A stretch of 64,000 nt of DNA, taken from contig CBDCXV010000011.1 of assembly GCA_965223905.1 (NCBI GenBank), positions 1,120,001 to 1,184,000 of the forward strand, written 5' to 3'. This stretch comes from Candidatus Latescibacterota bacterium. Lineage in GTDB: Bacteria; Latescibacterota; UBA2968; UBA8231. This document shows positions 30,084 through 40,195 of the stretch, one piece after another (positions within the stretch are counted from its first letter, which is position 1; each line of letters starts with the position of its first letter). The notes beneath the pieces are model-generated. The model was not told the origin of the DNA and did not search any database. It saw only the letters and a list, made by a program, of their open reading frames with translations. The position numbers and the translations under genes are program-made.

Positions 30084-31919
30084 TTAGCGCGCTCTGCCGC
30101 TGCGCAACGGGTTGTCTTTCGAGAACGGTGTTTTTCCGGTGTTGCGGACCCGCAGCCAGGACAGGTAGGGGGAGCCCCCTTCCCCGGCGCTGGCGAAGTC
30201 GCACAGGCGCACCTTTCCCCCGGCCCCCTCCATGTCGACGGCGACGACCGGGTCCGTCCCGTCGACTTCCGCCAGCTCCGGATCCACCTCCTCCGCATCG
30301 AGCTCGGGCAGCTCGGCCGGGTCGAGGCTGTTGAGGCGGCGGTCCCAGGTCAGCAGGACCGGGCCGCGGTACAGGGAGGTCTTGCCGCGGCACTGCTTCT
30401 CCCCGCGCCAGAAATGGAGGGAGAAGTCGAGGTCGAGATCGACGCGGTCCCCCCGCCGCCAGGTGCGGCTTACCTCGGCGTAGGAGCCGGCTTCGGCGGG
30501 GACCGGCTCGCCGTTGACGCGCAGGGACGTCTGCTTCGACCAGTGGGGGATGCGCAGCTTGAGGGCGAACTCCGCCGCCCTTGCGGGACTGACCCGCAGC
30601 CGTACCGAGCCCAGGCGCGGGTACTCCGTCTCCTGCTTCAGCTCGACCGAGGTGCCGCCGGCCCGCACCGTCATCGACCCGGGGCCGTACCAGTTGAGGA
30701 TCAGCCCTCCCCGCTCCCTCATCAGCGCCCAGTCGCCGATCATGCCCAGCGCCCGCGGGCCGTTGACGCTGCAGCAGTTGAGCTCAGGGCTGCCGGCGCG
30801 CGCCTGGAAGACGATGTCGTGGGCGCTGGCGTTGCGCACCCCGTCCATCGGGGTGTTGTAGGTCACCCAGCGGCCGGAGCGGGAGTGCAGGCCGAAGCCG
30901 GAGTTGAGGGTCGCCAGCTCGATCTCGTCGGCGACGACGGAGCTGCCGGTCAGCTTGAGCATCTCGACGCTCATCGCCAGCCAGGCGACGGTGCAGCAGG
31001 TCTCGATGGCGGCCCGGTGGTAGGGGTTGCCCTGCGCCTTCTCCCCCGAGGTGAAGCCGCCGTTGTTGTGGCGGTCGAGCTTGACGATGCTCCACCAGAT
31101 GTGCTCGAAGGCGGTGCGGAAATCCTCCTTCCCGGTGAGCCAGAAAAGCTCGGCCATCCCCATGATCGGGTGCAGGCTCTCCCAGCGCGGCTTCGGAGTG
31201 GCGTAGAACTCCTCCCCTGCCAGGGCGGTGCGCAGGTAGTCTCCGGCGGGGCCGTCCGGCCCGCGGGCGCCGAACTCGCCGGCGATCTGCAGGGCCATGT
31301 CGAGATAGCGCTGCTCCGCGACCTTGCGGTAGAGGAGGCAGAGGGAGTGGATGACGGCGAGGTTCATCTCGCTGCTGCCGGTGTCGACGAGGCGCCTGCC
31401 GCGCCCTTTGCGGCCGAGGAACTTGTCACAGACCAGGTCGCCCATGCGCCGGGTGCACTCCAGGGCCTGGCCGCTGCCGCTCTCCCCGTGCCAGAGCAAC
31501 AGCCCGAGCATGGCGTGGTAGTGGCCCCAGGCGTCCCACGTCCTCATCCCCTTGCGATTGGGCGCTTTGCCGGTCAGCCGACAGGCGCGTGGCCAGGGGC
31601 CGAGGTACCCGTCCTCCGCCTGCAGGGAGGCGAACTCGGCGGCGAAGCGCCCGAGGTGGCGGCGCAGGTCACTCTCCCCGGTGAGCCGCAGGATCTGCAC
31701 CGAGCTGGTCAGGTACTTGCCGGCGAACTCCCCGGCCCAGGGGACCATGTCGCGCAGCGGGTAGCGGTCGCGGTCGCGGAACATGTCGAGCATCGCCGGG
31801 TTGGCCGCCGGCGCCGGCTTCACCCACTGCTCGGTGACGTTGGCGAGGTACTCGGCGGCGAATCCCTGGAGGCGGTAGGCGGGCCGGGCCGGGCGGGTGC
31901 AGGCGGGTGTTAGGGTCAT
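30084..31919 (-). CDS. GH127/GH146 beta-L-arabinofuranosidase-like protein
   Basis: WAGEFAGKY, SGE, ETCCTVAW, LNCCSVNG, TEYP, LRIPHW, LYRGP. Confidence 0.85.
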   Translation of the reverse strand: MTLTPACTRPARPAYRLQGFAAEYLANVTEQWVKPAPAANPAMLDMFRDRDRYPLRDMVPWAGEFAGKYLTSSVQILRLTGESDLRRHLGRFAAEFASLQAEDGYLGPWPRACRLTGKAPNRKGMRTWDAWGHYHAMLGLLLWHGESGSGQALECTRRMGDLVCDKFLGRKGRGRRLVDTGSSEMNLAVIHSLCLLYRKVAEQRYLDMALQIAGEFGARGPDGPAGDYLRTALAGEEFYATPKPRWESLHPIMGMAELFWLTGKEDFRTAFEHIWWSIVKLDRHNNGGFTSGEKAQGNPYHRAAIETCCTVAWLAMSVEMLKLTGSSVVADEIELATLNSGFGLHSRSGRWVTYNTPMDGVRNASAHDIVFQARAGSPELNCCSVNGPRALGMIGDWALMRERGGLILNWYGPGSMTVRAGGTSVELKQETEYPRLGSVRLRVSPARAAEFALKLRIPHWSKQTSLRVNGEPVPAEAGSYAEVSRTWRRGDRVDLDLDFSLHFWRGEKQCRGKTSLYRGPVLLTWDRRLNSLDPAELPELDAEEVDPELAEVDGTDPVVAVDMEGAGGKVRLCDFASAGEGGSPYLSWLRVRNTGKTPFSKDNPLRSGRAR

Positions 31920-31977
31920 ACAGGTATCCCGTGAACAGGTGAGATGAGTTGCAGGCTGATGCGCGGTGCTGCCGTTC

Positions 31978-33459
31978 CTAGTCGGGCCAGCGCGCCAGCA
32001 CCGTCTTCTGCCGGGTGTAGAACAGCACCCCCTCGCTCCCCTGGACGTGCAGGTCCCCGAAGAACGACTGGTCCCAGCCGGAGAAGGAGAACAGGGCCAT
32101 CGGCGCCGGCACCCCGAGGTTGATGCCGATCATGCCGCACTCGGCCTCGCGGGCGAAGCGGCGGGCCGCCCCCCCGTCGCGGGTGAAGATGGTGGCGGCG
32201 TTGCCGAACGGGATGCGGTTGACCCAGGCGATCGCCTCGTCGACGGTCGACGGCCGCATCATCCCGAGCACCGGGCCGAACAGCTCCTCGCTGAAAACCC
32301 GGTGGTTGGGGGTCACCCGGTCGAGCAGGGTGGGGCCGACGAAGAACCCCTCCTCAGGGATGCCCTCGCGGCCATCGCGGGCGACCTCGAGCTCCTGGTC
32401 CGGCGCTTCCTCTATGCAGCGGAACAGCCGCTGCCGGGCCGCCGGGTCGATCACCGGCCCCATGCCGGCGCCGCGGTCGGCCAGGGTGTCGCCGACCTCG
32501 AGGCCGTCCATGGCCGCCAGGACCTGCTCGCGCAGGGGCTCGGCCCCGGCGCCGACGCCCATCAGCAGGGAGCCGGCCATGCAGCGCTGCCCGGCGCAGC
32601 CGAAAGCGGAGCCCATGATCGCATCAATCGTCGCGTTCCCGGCCAGGGCCTCCCCGACGAGCCCGCTTTCCACCGCGTCCGGCATCGCCAGCAGCACGTT
32701 CTTGGCGCCGCCGGCCGACTGCACCCGCTTGCCGTGGCGGGCCGCCAGCTCGTACACCCGGCCGGCGACCCCGGAGGAGCCGACGAAGCTGACCGCGGCG
32801 ACCTCCGGGTGCACGCACAGGGCCTCGACCACCTCCCTGCCGCCGTGGACGACGTTGAGGATCCCGGGCGGCAGGCCGGCCTCGAGGAACAGCTCGGCCA
32901 GGCGGTTGGCGGTGAGCGGCACCTTCTCGCTCGGCTTGAGGACGAAGCTGTTGCCGCAGGCGATCGCCAGGGGGTACATCCACATCGGCACCATCGCCGG
33001 GAAGTTGAACGGCGTGATGCCGGCACAGATCCCTATCGGCTCGCGCGTCGCCCAGCCGTCGATGCCGCGCGCCAGCTCCGGCAGGATCTCCCCCTTGGCG
33101 AGATGGCCGATGCCGCAGGCGAACTCGACGACCTCGATGCCGCGGCGGACGTCCCCCCGGGCCTCCTCGCGGGTCTTGCCGTTCTCGCACACGACCAGCC
33201 GGGCCAGCTCCTCGAAGCGCGCCTCGAGCAGCTCGCGGTAGCGGAAGAGCACGCGGGCGCGATCCGGGGCGGGCGTCCGCGCCCAGCCGGGGAAAGCCTC
33301 CCGGGCGGTGCGGACGGCGATGTCGACCTCCCGGGCCGTGCACTGGGGAGCGCGCGCGATCACGGCCCCGCTCGAGGGCTGGTGGACGGGGGTGAACTCA
33401 GCCGTCTCGGGCTCGGTCCACCTGTCCCCGATCAGTATCGGAACGACGGGGGCTGCCAT
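31978..33459 (-). CDS. mmsA: CoA-acylating (methyl)malonate-semialdehyde dehydrogenase
   Basis: TPFNFPAMVPMW, KPSEKVP, SFVGS, GGAKN, AFGCAGQRCMA, SFFGDLH. Confidence 0.9.
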   Translation of the reverse strand: MAAPVVPILIGDRWTEPETAEFTPVHQPSSGAVIARAPQCTAREVDIAVRTAREAFPGWARTPAPDRARVLFRYRELLEARFEELARLVVCENGKTREEARGDVRRGIEVVEFACGIGHLAKGEILPELARGIDGWATREPIGICAGITPFNFPAMVPMWMYPLAIACGNSFVLKPSEKVPLTANRLAELFLEAGLPPGILNVVHGGREVVEALCVHPEVAAVSFVGSSGVAGRVYELAARHGKRVQSAGGAKNVLLAMPDAVESGLVGEALAGNATIDAIMGSAFGCAGQRCMAGSLLMGVGAGAEPLREQVLAAMDGLEVGDTLADRGAGMGPVIDPAARQRLFRCIEEAPDQELEVARDGREGIPEEGFFVGPTLLDRVTPNHRVFSEELFGPVLGMMRPSTVDEAIAWVNRIPFGNAATIFTRDGGAARRFAREAECGMIGINLGVPAPMALFSFSGWDQSFFGDLHVQGSEGVLFYTRQKTVLARWPD

Positions 33460-33484
33460 GAGTAGCTCCGTTTTCTGTCGGCGC

Positions 33485-34375
33485 TCAGCCGGGCCCTGCG
33501 GCCCGCCTGGCGGCGAGAATGGTGTTGAAGAGCAGCATCGCGATCGTCATCGGCCCCACCCCTCCCGGGACCGGGGTGATGGCGCTCGCCTTCCTGCTGA
33601 CGCTGTCGAAGTCGACGTTGCCGATCAGGCGATAGCCGCTTCTGCGGGTGGAATCCTCGATGCGCACCACCCCGACGTCGATCACCACGGCGCCCTCGGC
33701 GACCATGTCGGCGGTAATGATGTGGGGGCGGTCGGCCGCGGCGATCAGGATGTCCGCGGCGCGGGTGTGGGCGCCGATGTCGCGGGTGCCGGTGTGGCAG
33801 ACAGTCACCGTGGCGTTGGCCCCTGGCCCCTTCTGCGCCAGAATGTTGGCCAGCGGCCTGCCGACGAGGGTGCTGCGCCCCACGACGACGACGTGCTTTC
33901 CCGCCATCTCGATGCCGCTACGCCTCAGCATCTGCACCACCCCGTGCGGCGTGCAGGGCAGGAAGCCCTCCTCCTGGCGCAGCATGCGGCCGAGGTTCAC
34001 CGGGTGCAGTCCGTCGACGTCCTTGCCGGGATCGACGGCGTTGAGGACGAGGCTCTCGTCCAGGCCTTGGGGAAGGGGCAGCTGCACGAGGATTCCGTGG
34101 ACCGTTTCGTCGGCATTGAGGGCGGCGATCAGTTCCAGCAGCTCCTCCTGCGGGACGTCGCCGGGAAGCCGGTGCTCGCGCGAGTCGATGGCGATCTTCT
34201 CGCAGGCCCGGCGCTTCCCCTTGACGTAGGAGAGGGACGCCGGGTCGTCGCCGGCCAGCACCACCGCCAGCCCCGGGACGAGGCCGTGCCACACCCGGAG
34301 AGCGGCAACCTCCCGCCGCATCTTCTCCCGCATCCCCGCGGCTATCTCGTTTCCGTCCAGGATTCGCGCAGTCAT
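33485..34375 (-). CDS. folD: Methylenetetrahydrofolate dehydrogenase / cyclohydrolase
   Basis: YVKGK, GILVQLPLP, KDVDGLHP, PCTP, TPVPGGVGPMT. Confidence 0.96.
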   Translation of the reverse strand: MTARILDGNEIAAGMREKMRREVAALRVWHGLVPGLAVVLAGDDPASLSYVKGKRRACEKIAIDSREHRLPGDVPQEELLELIAALNADETVHGILVQLPLPQGLDESLVLNAVDPGKDVDGLHPVNLGRMLRQEEGFLPCTPHGVVQMLRRSGIEMAGKHVVVVGRSTLVGRPLANILAQKGPGANATVTVCHTGTRDIGAHTRAADILIAAADRPHIITADMVAEGAVVIDVGVVRIEDSTRRSGYRLIGNVDFDSVSRKASAITPVPGGVGPMTIAMLLFNTILAARRAAGPG

Positions 34376-34490
34376 CAGGTTATCGGCGGGCTGTAGTAAA
34401 TCGAAGACATCTGGAAACTATCGGTTGGCGGTACTCGATTCCGGCGGCACCGGTCATCGCCCGGCCGCGGCCACCGCCGGCGAGGGGGCC

Positions 34491-35843
34491 TCAGCCCGCG
34501 GCGACGAAGTCCCGGCCGACGGCGTCCCGGAGCGCCCCGGGGACCATCACCGAACCGTCCGCCTGCTGGTAGTTCTCGACGATGGAGATCAGCATCCGCC
34601 CCATGGCGCAGCCGGTGTCGTTGACGGTGTGGCAGAACCTCGGCCCGCCCTGTTTGCCCTTGTAGCGGATGTTGAGGCGGCGGGCCTGGTAGTCGGTGGT
34701 GTTGGTGTCGGTCATGACTTCCATGAACTCGCCGCTGCCCGGCAGCCAGACCTCGAAGTCGCGCTGCCGGTGGCTGGCGAGGTAGCCGGCGTCTCCGCCG
34801 CACTTGTCGACCGACCGGTACGGAAGCTCGAGGGTCTGCAGCAGCCACTCGTTGATCTCGCCGAACTCCTCGTACATCCGCTGCGACTGCTCCGGCGCGC
34901 AGACCGAGTTCATCTCGATCTTGTCGAACTGGTGCACCCGCTTGATCCCCTTGACGTCCCTGCCCCAGGAGCCGGCCTCGGAGCGGAAGCAGGTGGTGGA
35001 GGCGAACAGCCTGACCGGCAGGTCATCCTCGGCCAGGGTGCGGTCCATGAAGTAGCTAAAGTTGGCCGGCTCCGAGGAGCCGACGAGAAACAGCTCGGTC
35101 CCCTCCTCGACGTTGTCGGTTTGGATGGCGTACACCTGGTCCCGGCCTTCGGGGAAATGGGAGGTCCCGTAGAGGGAGCGCTCGCGCACCAGCAGCGGCG
35201 GCACCATCATCTCGTAGCCCCGGCGCAGGAGCTCTCCGGACAGCAGCTGCTGCAGGCCGAGCTGCATCCGGGCCGAGGCCCCGCGGATGTAGGCGAAGCG
35301 GGAGCCGGAGACCTCGGACGCCTGGGCGGTCTCCATGCCGACGGCCGGGCCGAGGTCGGCGTGCTGCCGCGGCGCGAACTCGCCGCTTGCGTGCAGGGGC
35401 ATCGCCGGCATGGAGGCGGCGCTGTGGCCGCCGCTTCCCAGCTCTTCGCGGGGGCGGTACCCCGCACCGGGGATCCACACCTTCTCTTCGGGGTTGTCGG
35501 ACTCGTCGTCCCCGTCCGGCATGCCGGGGTGGGGCCAGTTGGGAAACCAGTCGAGGATCTGCTGCCACTCGCCGCTGACCTCGCCGAACTCGGCTTCGAG
35601 GCGGCGCCCCTTCTCGCGCAGCTCCTGCCCCCTGCTGCGGGCGGCATCGGGGTCGGTCCTGCCGAGCCGGGCGAGCTGCTTCTTCTCGCCGTTTACTTCG
35701 TCGATCTCCGCCTGCAGCCGGCGGCGTTCCCCGTCGAGGGCGAGCCAGCGGTCGACGTCCGCTTTGGCCGGGTCGACGCGGCGCAGGCGGATCGCCCGCC
35801 GCAGGGATTCGGGGTCGTTGCGTATGGTTCGTACGTCGATCAC
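34491..35843 (-). CDS. serS: Serine-tRNA ligase, atypical motifs
   Basis: N-terminal coiled coil, SGSRF, CFRSEAG...RVHQFDK, DYQARRLNIRY, ENYQ. Confidence 0.9.
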   Translation of the reverse strand: MIDVRTIRNDPESLRRAIRLRRVDPAKADVDRWLALDGERRRLQAEIDEVNGEKKQLARLGRTDPDAARSRGQELREKGRRLEAEFGEVSGEWQQILDWFPNWPHPGMPDGDDESDNPEEKVWIPGAGYRPREELGSGGHSAASMPAMPLHASGEFAPRQHADLGPAVGMETAQASEVSGSRFAYIRGASARMQLGLQQLLSGELLRRGYEMMVPPLLVRERSLYGTSHFPEGRDQVYAIQTDNVEEGTELFLVGSSEPANFSYFMDRTLAEDDLPVRLFASTTCFRSEAGSWGRDVKGIKRVHQFDKIEMNSVCAPEQSQRMYEEFGEINEWLLQTLELPYRSVDKCGGDAGYLASHRQRDFEVWLPGSGEFMEVMTDTNTTDYQARRLNIRYKGKQGGPRFCHTVNDTGCAMGRMLISIVENYQQADGSVMVPGALRDAVGRDFVAAG

Positions 35844-35972
35844 TTAGATTTCACGCGCTGCTGAAGAGCGTTGTCATCGGCCCTGGCGGGTGCCCGATCG
35901 CTGTCTTTGCGACCGCGGGATGGAGCCGGCCGGAAGGGCCCTCCCGCGGCCGCTGCAAACTTAGGAGTTGCC

Positions 35973-36620
35973 ATGTACGCTGTCATCTTCGACGTCGACG
36001 GAGTGCTCGTCGACAGCGAGGCGTTGAGCTGCGGCGCCTGGCTGCCGGTGTTGGAGGGCCGCGGCATAGAGTTCCGGCTCTCCGACATCGAAGATTTCAT
36101 CGGGCAGAGCGACGCCGCCGTCCTCGATCACTTCCGGGAGCGGCACCCCGCCGTCGATCTCGGCGATCACCTGATCGACGAGAAGGAGCAGGAGTTCTTC
36201 GCTGCCGCCCGCGGCCGCCTGCGGGCCTTTCCCGGGCTGACGCGGGTGCTGCAACGGCTCCAGGCGGGGGACGTGCCCATGGCCGTCGCCTCCTCCGGCC
36301 GCCACGGGAAGATCCGCTTCTCCCTGCGCACCGCCGGCCTCGAGGGGTTCTTCGATGTCGTCTGCAGCGCCTCCGACGTCGCCCGCGGCAAGCCGGCCCC
36401 CGACCTGTTCCTTCGCGCCGCCGGACTCCTCGGCGCGGAGCCTCGTATTTGCAACGTCGTGGAGGACTCGGTTCCCGGAATCGCCGCGGCGAAGGCCGCG
36501 GGCATGAAGGCCCTGGGGTTCACTTCGTCGCATCCGGCCGGGGTGCTGCTCGGTGCCGGCGCCGACGCCGTTTTCTCCCACTACGACCAACTACCTGCCC
36601 TTCTGCTTGGGAAGGGTTAG
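35973..36620 (+). CDS. HAD family phosphatase (beta-PGM/CbbY-like)
   Basis: FDVDGVLVDSE, VASS, KPAPD, EDSVPG; AGGAG RBS. Confidence 0.92.
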   Translation: MYAVIFDVDGVLVDSEALSCGAWLPVLEGRGIEFRLSDIEDFIGQSDAAVLDHFRERHPAVDLGDHLIDEKEQEFFAAARGRLRAFPGLTRVLQRLQAGDVPMAVASSGRHGKIRFSLRTAGLEGFFDVVCSASDVARGKPAPDLFLRAAGLLGAEPRICNVVEDSVPGIAAAKAAGMKALGFTSSHPAGVLLGAGADAVFSHYDQLPALLLGKG

Positions 36621-36680
36621 TTGCCGGCGGGGGGGGGGGCATCCTCGACCTCGTGGGCCCCTGGCAAACGCGCCAACGCA

Positions 36681-37490
36681 CTACCGGACCCAGTGCCGGA
36701 ACAGCGGCCTGACCTCCTTGGCGAGCCGCTCGAACAGCTCCCGCGGCACCGGGGGAACCAGGTTTTCCTTCATTCCCCTTTCGTCGGCGAGCCTGCGGCG
36801 CTCGTCGCTTCCCGGCATCAGGCTGTCGAGGTTGAGCCACCAGGGGGCGAAGCGGATCGCCAGCCCGACCCGGGGTTGGTCCGACCGGTTGGGCGCGGCG
36901 GCGTGCCACAGCCGGCTGTCGAGCACGGCCACCGTGCCGGAGTCGCCGGTGAGAGCGGTCTCCCCTTCGAGAACGGACTGCGGATCGACGCCGTTGCCGC
37001 CGCTGGGGTTGTTGGGCTCGCGGTGGCTTCCCGGCGACACGAGGGTGCCGCCGTTCTCCCTGGTGAACGGGGAGAGCATCCACAGCGTCGTCAGGTGCAT
37101 GACCATGTCCGGGTACGGGGCCTCGACGTGGCCGGCGTTGCGCTGGTTGAACGGCCAGTCCGCGTGCCAGTCGCCGCGGGCGTTGCCCGGGTAGTTGACG
37201 ATCGAGGAGGTGTAGGAGACCCGGTAATGCTCCCCCAGCAGGGCCTGGCAGAGGGCGGCGAGCCGGTCTTCGATGAGGTAGGGGGTGAAGGACTGGCAGT
37301 AGCGGATCAGACCGGAGACGGCGCCGATGTTCGCAGGCGCGTCCGTGCGTTCCTGCCGGTGCAGGTCGACGGCGCGCAGGACGTCGGCGCCCACCGGGTC
37401 GACCTCGGCCGGGGGAATCACCTCTTCGAGGAGGCAGAACCCCTGATCTGCCAGCTGTCCCTCGAGGTCGTCAGTGGTTGGGTTCGCCAT
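36681..37490 (-). CDS. Phytanoyl-CoA dioxygenase (PhyH) family Fe(II)/2OG oxygenase
   Basis: WHADW, NGGT..PGSH, DSRLWH, R. Confidence 0.88.
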   Translation of the reverse strand: MANPTTDDLEGQLADQGFCLLEEVIPPAEVDPVGADVLRAVDLHRQERTDAPANIGAVSGLIRYCQSFTPYLIEDRLAALCQALLGEHYRVSYTSSIVNYPGNARGDWHADWPFNQRNAGHVEAPYPDMVMHLTTLWMLSPFTRENGGTLVSPGSHREPNNPSGGNGVDPQSVLEGETALTGDSGTVAVLDSRLWHAAAPNRSDQPRVGLAIRFAPWWLNLDSLMPGSDERRRLADERGMKENLVPPVPRELFERLAKEVRPLFRHWVR

Positions 37491-37776
37491 GGAATCTCCA
37501 GCCTGAGGCAGGCTGCGTTATTGTCCCCTGGCTGGCTGCCTTCGCGAAGCATACCTGCTCATGCAGGAACTCGGGGGCAAAATCTGCTCCGTTGCTCCAT
37601 GAAAGCGTATGTCCTTCCAAAGTGAAAGATTTGAAGAATTTTTGGTCTTTCAACGGCTCGAAAACTTCACCAAATAACTCAGATGACAAATCGGCCTCGC
37701 CAGCAACTCCATCATTGAATGACAACCATACTCTATAGCCATCTATATATTTGGCTTGCTCAACATGTATGAACAT
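37471..37776 (-). CDS. DUF2442 protein (DhiA-like antitoxin)
   Basis: LSFNDG, GEVFEPLKD, TLSWSNGADFAPEFL. Confidence 0.88.
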   Translation of the reverse strand: MFIHVEQAKYIDGYRVWLSFNDGVAGEADLSSELFGEVFEPLKDQKFFKSFTLEGHTLSWSNGADFAPEFLHEQVCFAKAASQGTITQPASGWRFHGEPNH

Positions 37777-37779
37777 GAC

Positions 37780-37917
37780 CTACTCCAATGGTTTGATTTT
37801 TGACAATGGTTTTCGGTTCATTGCGGCTTCCCAGTTGGCCCTGAGTTCGTCTTGATGCAAAGAAGTACCACTCGAGTACGGCACTCAGTGCTCTCCTCGG
37901 GAATCTTCCGGTTACAA
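37780..37917 (-). pseudogene. DUF4160 toxin, C-terminal half
   Basis: VTGRFPRRALSAVLEW..LHQDELRANWE..KPLSKIKPLE*, with a +1 indel near 37862. Confidence 0.85.
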
Positions 37918-39051
37918 CTGGACTTTTGCAAAAGGCAGAATTCCTGGGATAATCGGTCAAGGATAGAGGGTAGCGCGAATTCGATGGAACTTGGTATGTT
38001 TGGTAGGACGAAGGCATCCCCCGCCTTCGTTTCCCCTGGCCATGTGAGAGGTTGTTCATGCCAGGTATTGTTGATTTTCCCACGGTGGTTGAAGACGCGG
38101 TGGCAGAGTTCGGCGGCATCTTCGCCAACGCCCCGGAGCGCCGTCACTTTGCCGCGTATCTGACCGGGATGGTGGCCGAACGCAAAAATGTATCGGCGAT
38201 CAACGCCGAGTTCGTCGAGACCACCGATCAGTCCTGCCTGAACCGCTGGATTACGCAGGTGCGATGGGACGGGAAATGGCTCAACGAACATCGCCTGGAA
38301 TGGTTGCAGGAGCGTCCCTCGACGCGCTATTCGGGACGCGGGGTGATCGCCATCGACAACACCTTGGTCGGCCACAGCGGAGACAAGATCGAGGACGTGG
38401 GTTGGTTTTGGGATCACTCCGACCAGCGCTATATGATTGCGCATGACTACGTCATCGCCAACTACGTGTGCACCTCGGGGAAATACTATCCGGCGGAAGT
38501 GGCTGCGAATATCCCACCCGAGGATCGCAAACAGGTCAGCATCGGCAAGCGCAAACAATGGTATTTCACCAAGACCGTGCGCCTGCCCAAGCTCGATCAC
38601 CGCGTTCGTTTGCTGATCCTGTGGGATCGCAAGAACGGCAGGGAAGCGGTCAAGTTTCTACTCACCAATCGCGTGCACTGGGAGATCAGTCGTATTCTGA
38701 ACGTCTATCGCAAACGCTGGACGGGCACCGAGACTTTTCATCGGGACGGCAAGCACCATCTGGGCATGGGAGACTGTCAGTTACGCAGCGGCGAGGGCCA
38801 GACCCGGCATAGGTACCTCGTGATGCTTACGCACAGTCTGCTCAGGGCACGGAGGCGGCAGGGCCGTGCGCGTGACTGGGCTCATACCGTGCTAACGACC
38901 ATTGGCGAGGCCTGTCGAGCCGTGTCGCGAGAGACGCTCAGTAAAACCATCACCTGGGCGGTCGAACAGGCCATAACAGTAGGGTGGACGCAGGAGAGAA
39001 TCGTCGCACACCTAAAACTTGTGTAAAAAAGCGGAGTTTGCAAAAGTCCAG
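37918..39051 (+). mobile_element. IS701-like element, copy 1 (246-bp internal deletion)
   Basis: 15-bp terminal inverted repeat CTGGACTTTTGCAAA; transposase ORF lacks the FDCYF segment present in copy 2. Confidence 0.88.
38058..39026 (+). pseudogene. DDE transposase with in-frame internal deletion
   Basis: IAIDNT and YRKRWTGTETFHRDGK motifs; 82 codons missing relative to copy 2. Confidence 0.8.
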
Positions 39052-39310
39052 TGATAAGTGAGGGAGGCTGTTACAACGCACTCTTCGACCTTGAACTTGC
39101 TGGCTACTGCGGTAGTAGTAGCGATACGTAGCACGCGAATCAGGCAGCCTGTTTCCGGTTTTGAATGCATCCTGCGGTAGCCCGGCCACGTCTTGCGTAT
39201 GCCGTCGATTACGGCACAGGCTTGATCTATGCGTTTGCGTTTCCAGAATCGTGATGGCATTGAAATACAAGGGTTTCCTGAGTCTTCTCCTTACCGAGCT
39301 AATGAGCTGC

Positions 39311-40195
39311 CTAATTCGCACGTTTTACCTGTCCCCAACTGATAGGAGTGATTGCCGTTTCGTCAGACAGCCAGGGCGACCAGGAAGGCTCCCAAGCCGG
39401 GAAGTCAAGTAAGACCTGGAAGTTACTGCCATCAGCATCGATTAGGAACAGTTGTTCTTCATCCTTTCTGTTGAATGCTATGCGCCTGGAGTCAGGAGAC
39501 CAAGTCGGGTTAAGTCCATCCGTAAGGTAGCGAAGGTCAGAACCGTCAATTCCCATTAGCCAAATTTCTTCATATCCCTTAGGAAGGACTAATTTATTGC
39601 CATCCGGAGATACCTGAATGTCAGAATACCATTGATCGCTCGACAACAAAATCTGTCTATCTGTTCCGTCTGAATTCAGAATACCAACATGGCCTTTGTA
39701 GGTATATACAAATTGCCCGCCAGGAGACCAGTCTAAATTCCCGGCTGGTGTATACAGTTGGACATAGCCTGTTCCATCCGAATTGATAATGGATATATGT
39801 AGCCTATCGACAAATGCAATCCGTGATCCATCCGGAGACCAAACAGGATCATAATATGAACGAGTGGTGTTTTCATACTTTGGACGCCGCCGCAGCTCCC
39901 GAGGGTTTGATCCATCCGAATTGATAATCCAAATGTCTGTTGGATTGGTTACCGTATCGTAATGCAGAAATACAATCTGTTTGCCGTCTGGAGACCAATC
40001 AAATGATCCCGGATGTATCGGAATTCCTTCGACAGGGGCATCCGTTGTTAGTCTATCGGTTAGATGAAAAGGGGTGGCATCGGGAGCCGAATCGACAACA
40101 TAGAGCCCGTCGCCTGTAGAAAAAGCGATCTTGCTGGTTTGGGAACTGCTGGGGACCCCTATACAGAGAATCCCCAACAGTATGATGGCCATCAT
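39311..40195 (-). CDS. Secreted TolB-like (PD40/WD40) beta-propeller with C-terminal SWGQVK motif
   Basis: Signal peptide; repeated WSPDG and INSDG units; ends TPISWGQVKRAN. Confidence 0.85.
   Translation of the reverse strand: MMAIILLGILCIGVPSSSQTSKIAFSTGDGLYVVDSAPDATPFHLTDRLTTDAPVEGIPIHPGSFDWSPDGKQIVFLHYDTVTNPTDIWIINSDGSNPRELRRRPKYENTTRSYYDPVWSPDGSRIAFVDRLHISIINSDGTGYVQLYTPAGNLDWSPGGQFVYTYKGHVGILNSDGTDRQILLSSDQWYSDIQVSPDGNKLVLPKGYEEIWLMGIDGSDLRYLTDGLNPTWSPDSRRIAFNRKDEEQLFLIDADGSNFQVLLDFPAWEPSWSPWLSDETAITPISWGQVKRAN

Noticed and set aside
39071-39076. Third TTACAA as a target duplication of IS copy 1 alone
   Set aside because: It lies about 20 nt from the inverted repeat rather than next to it; probably chance
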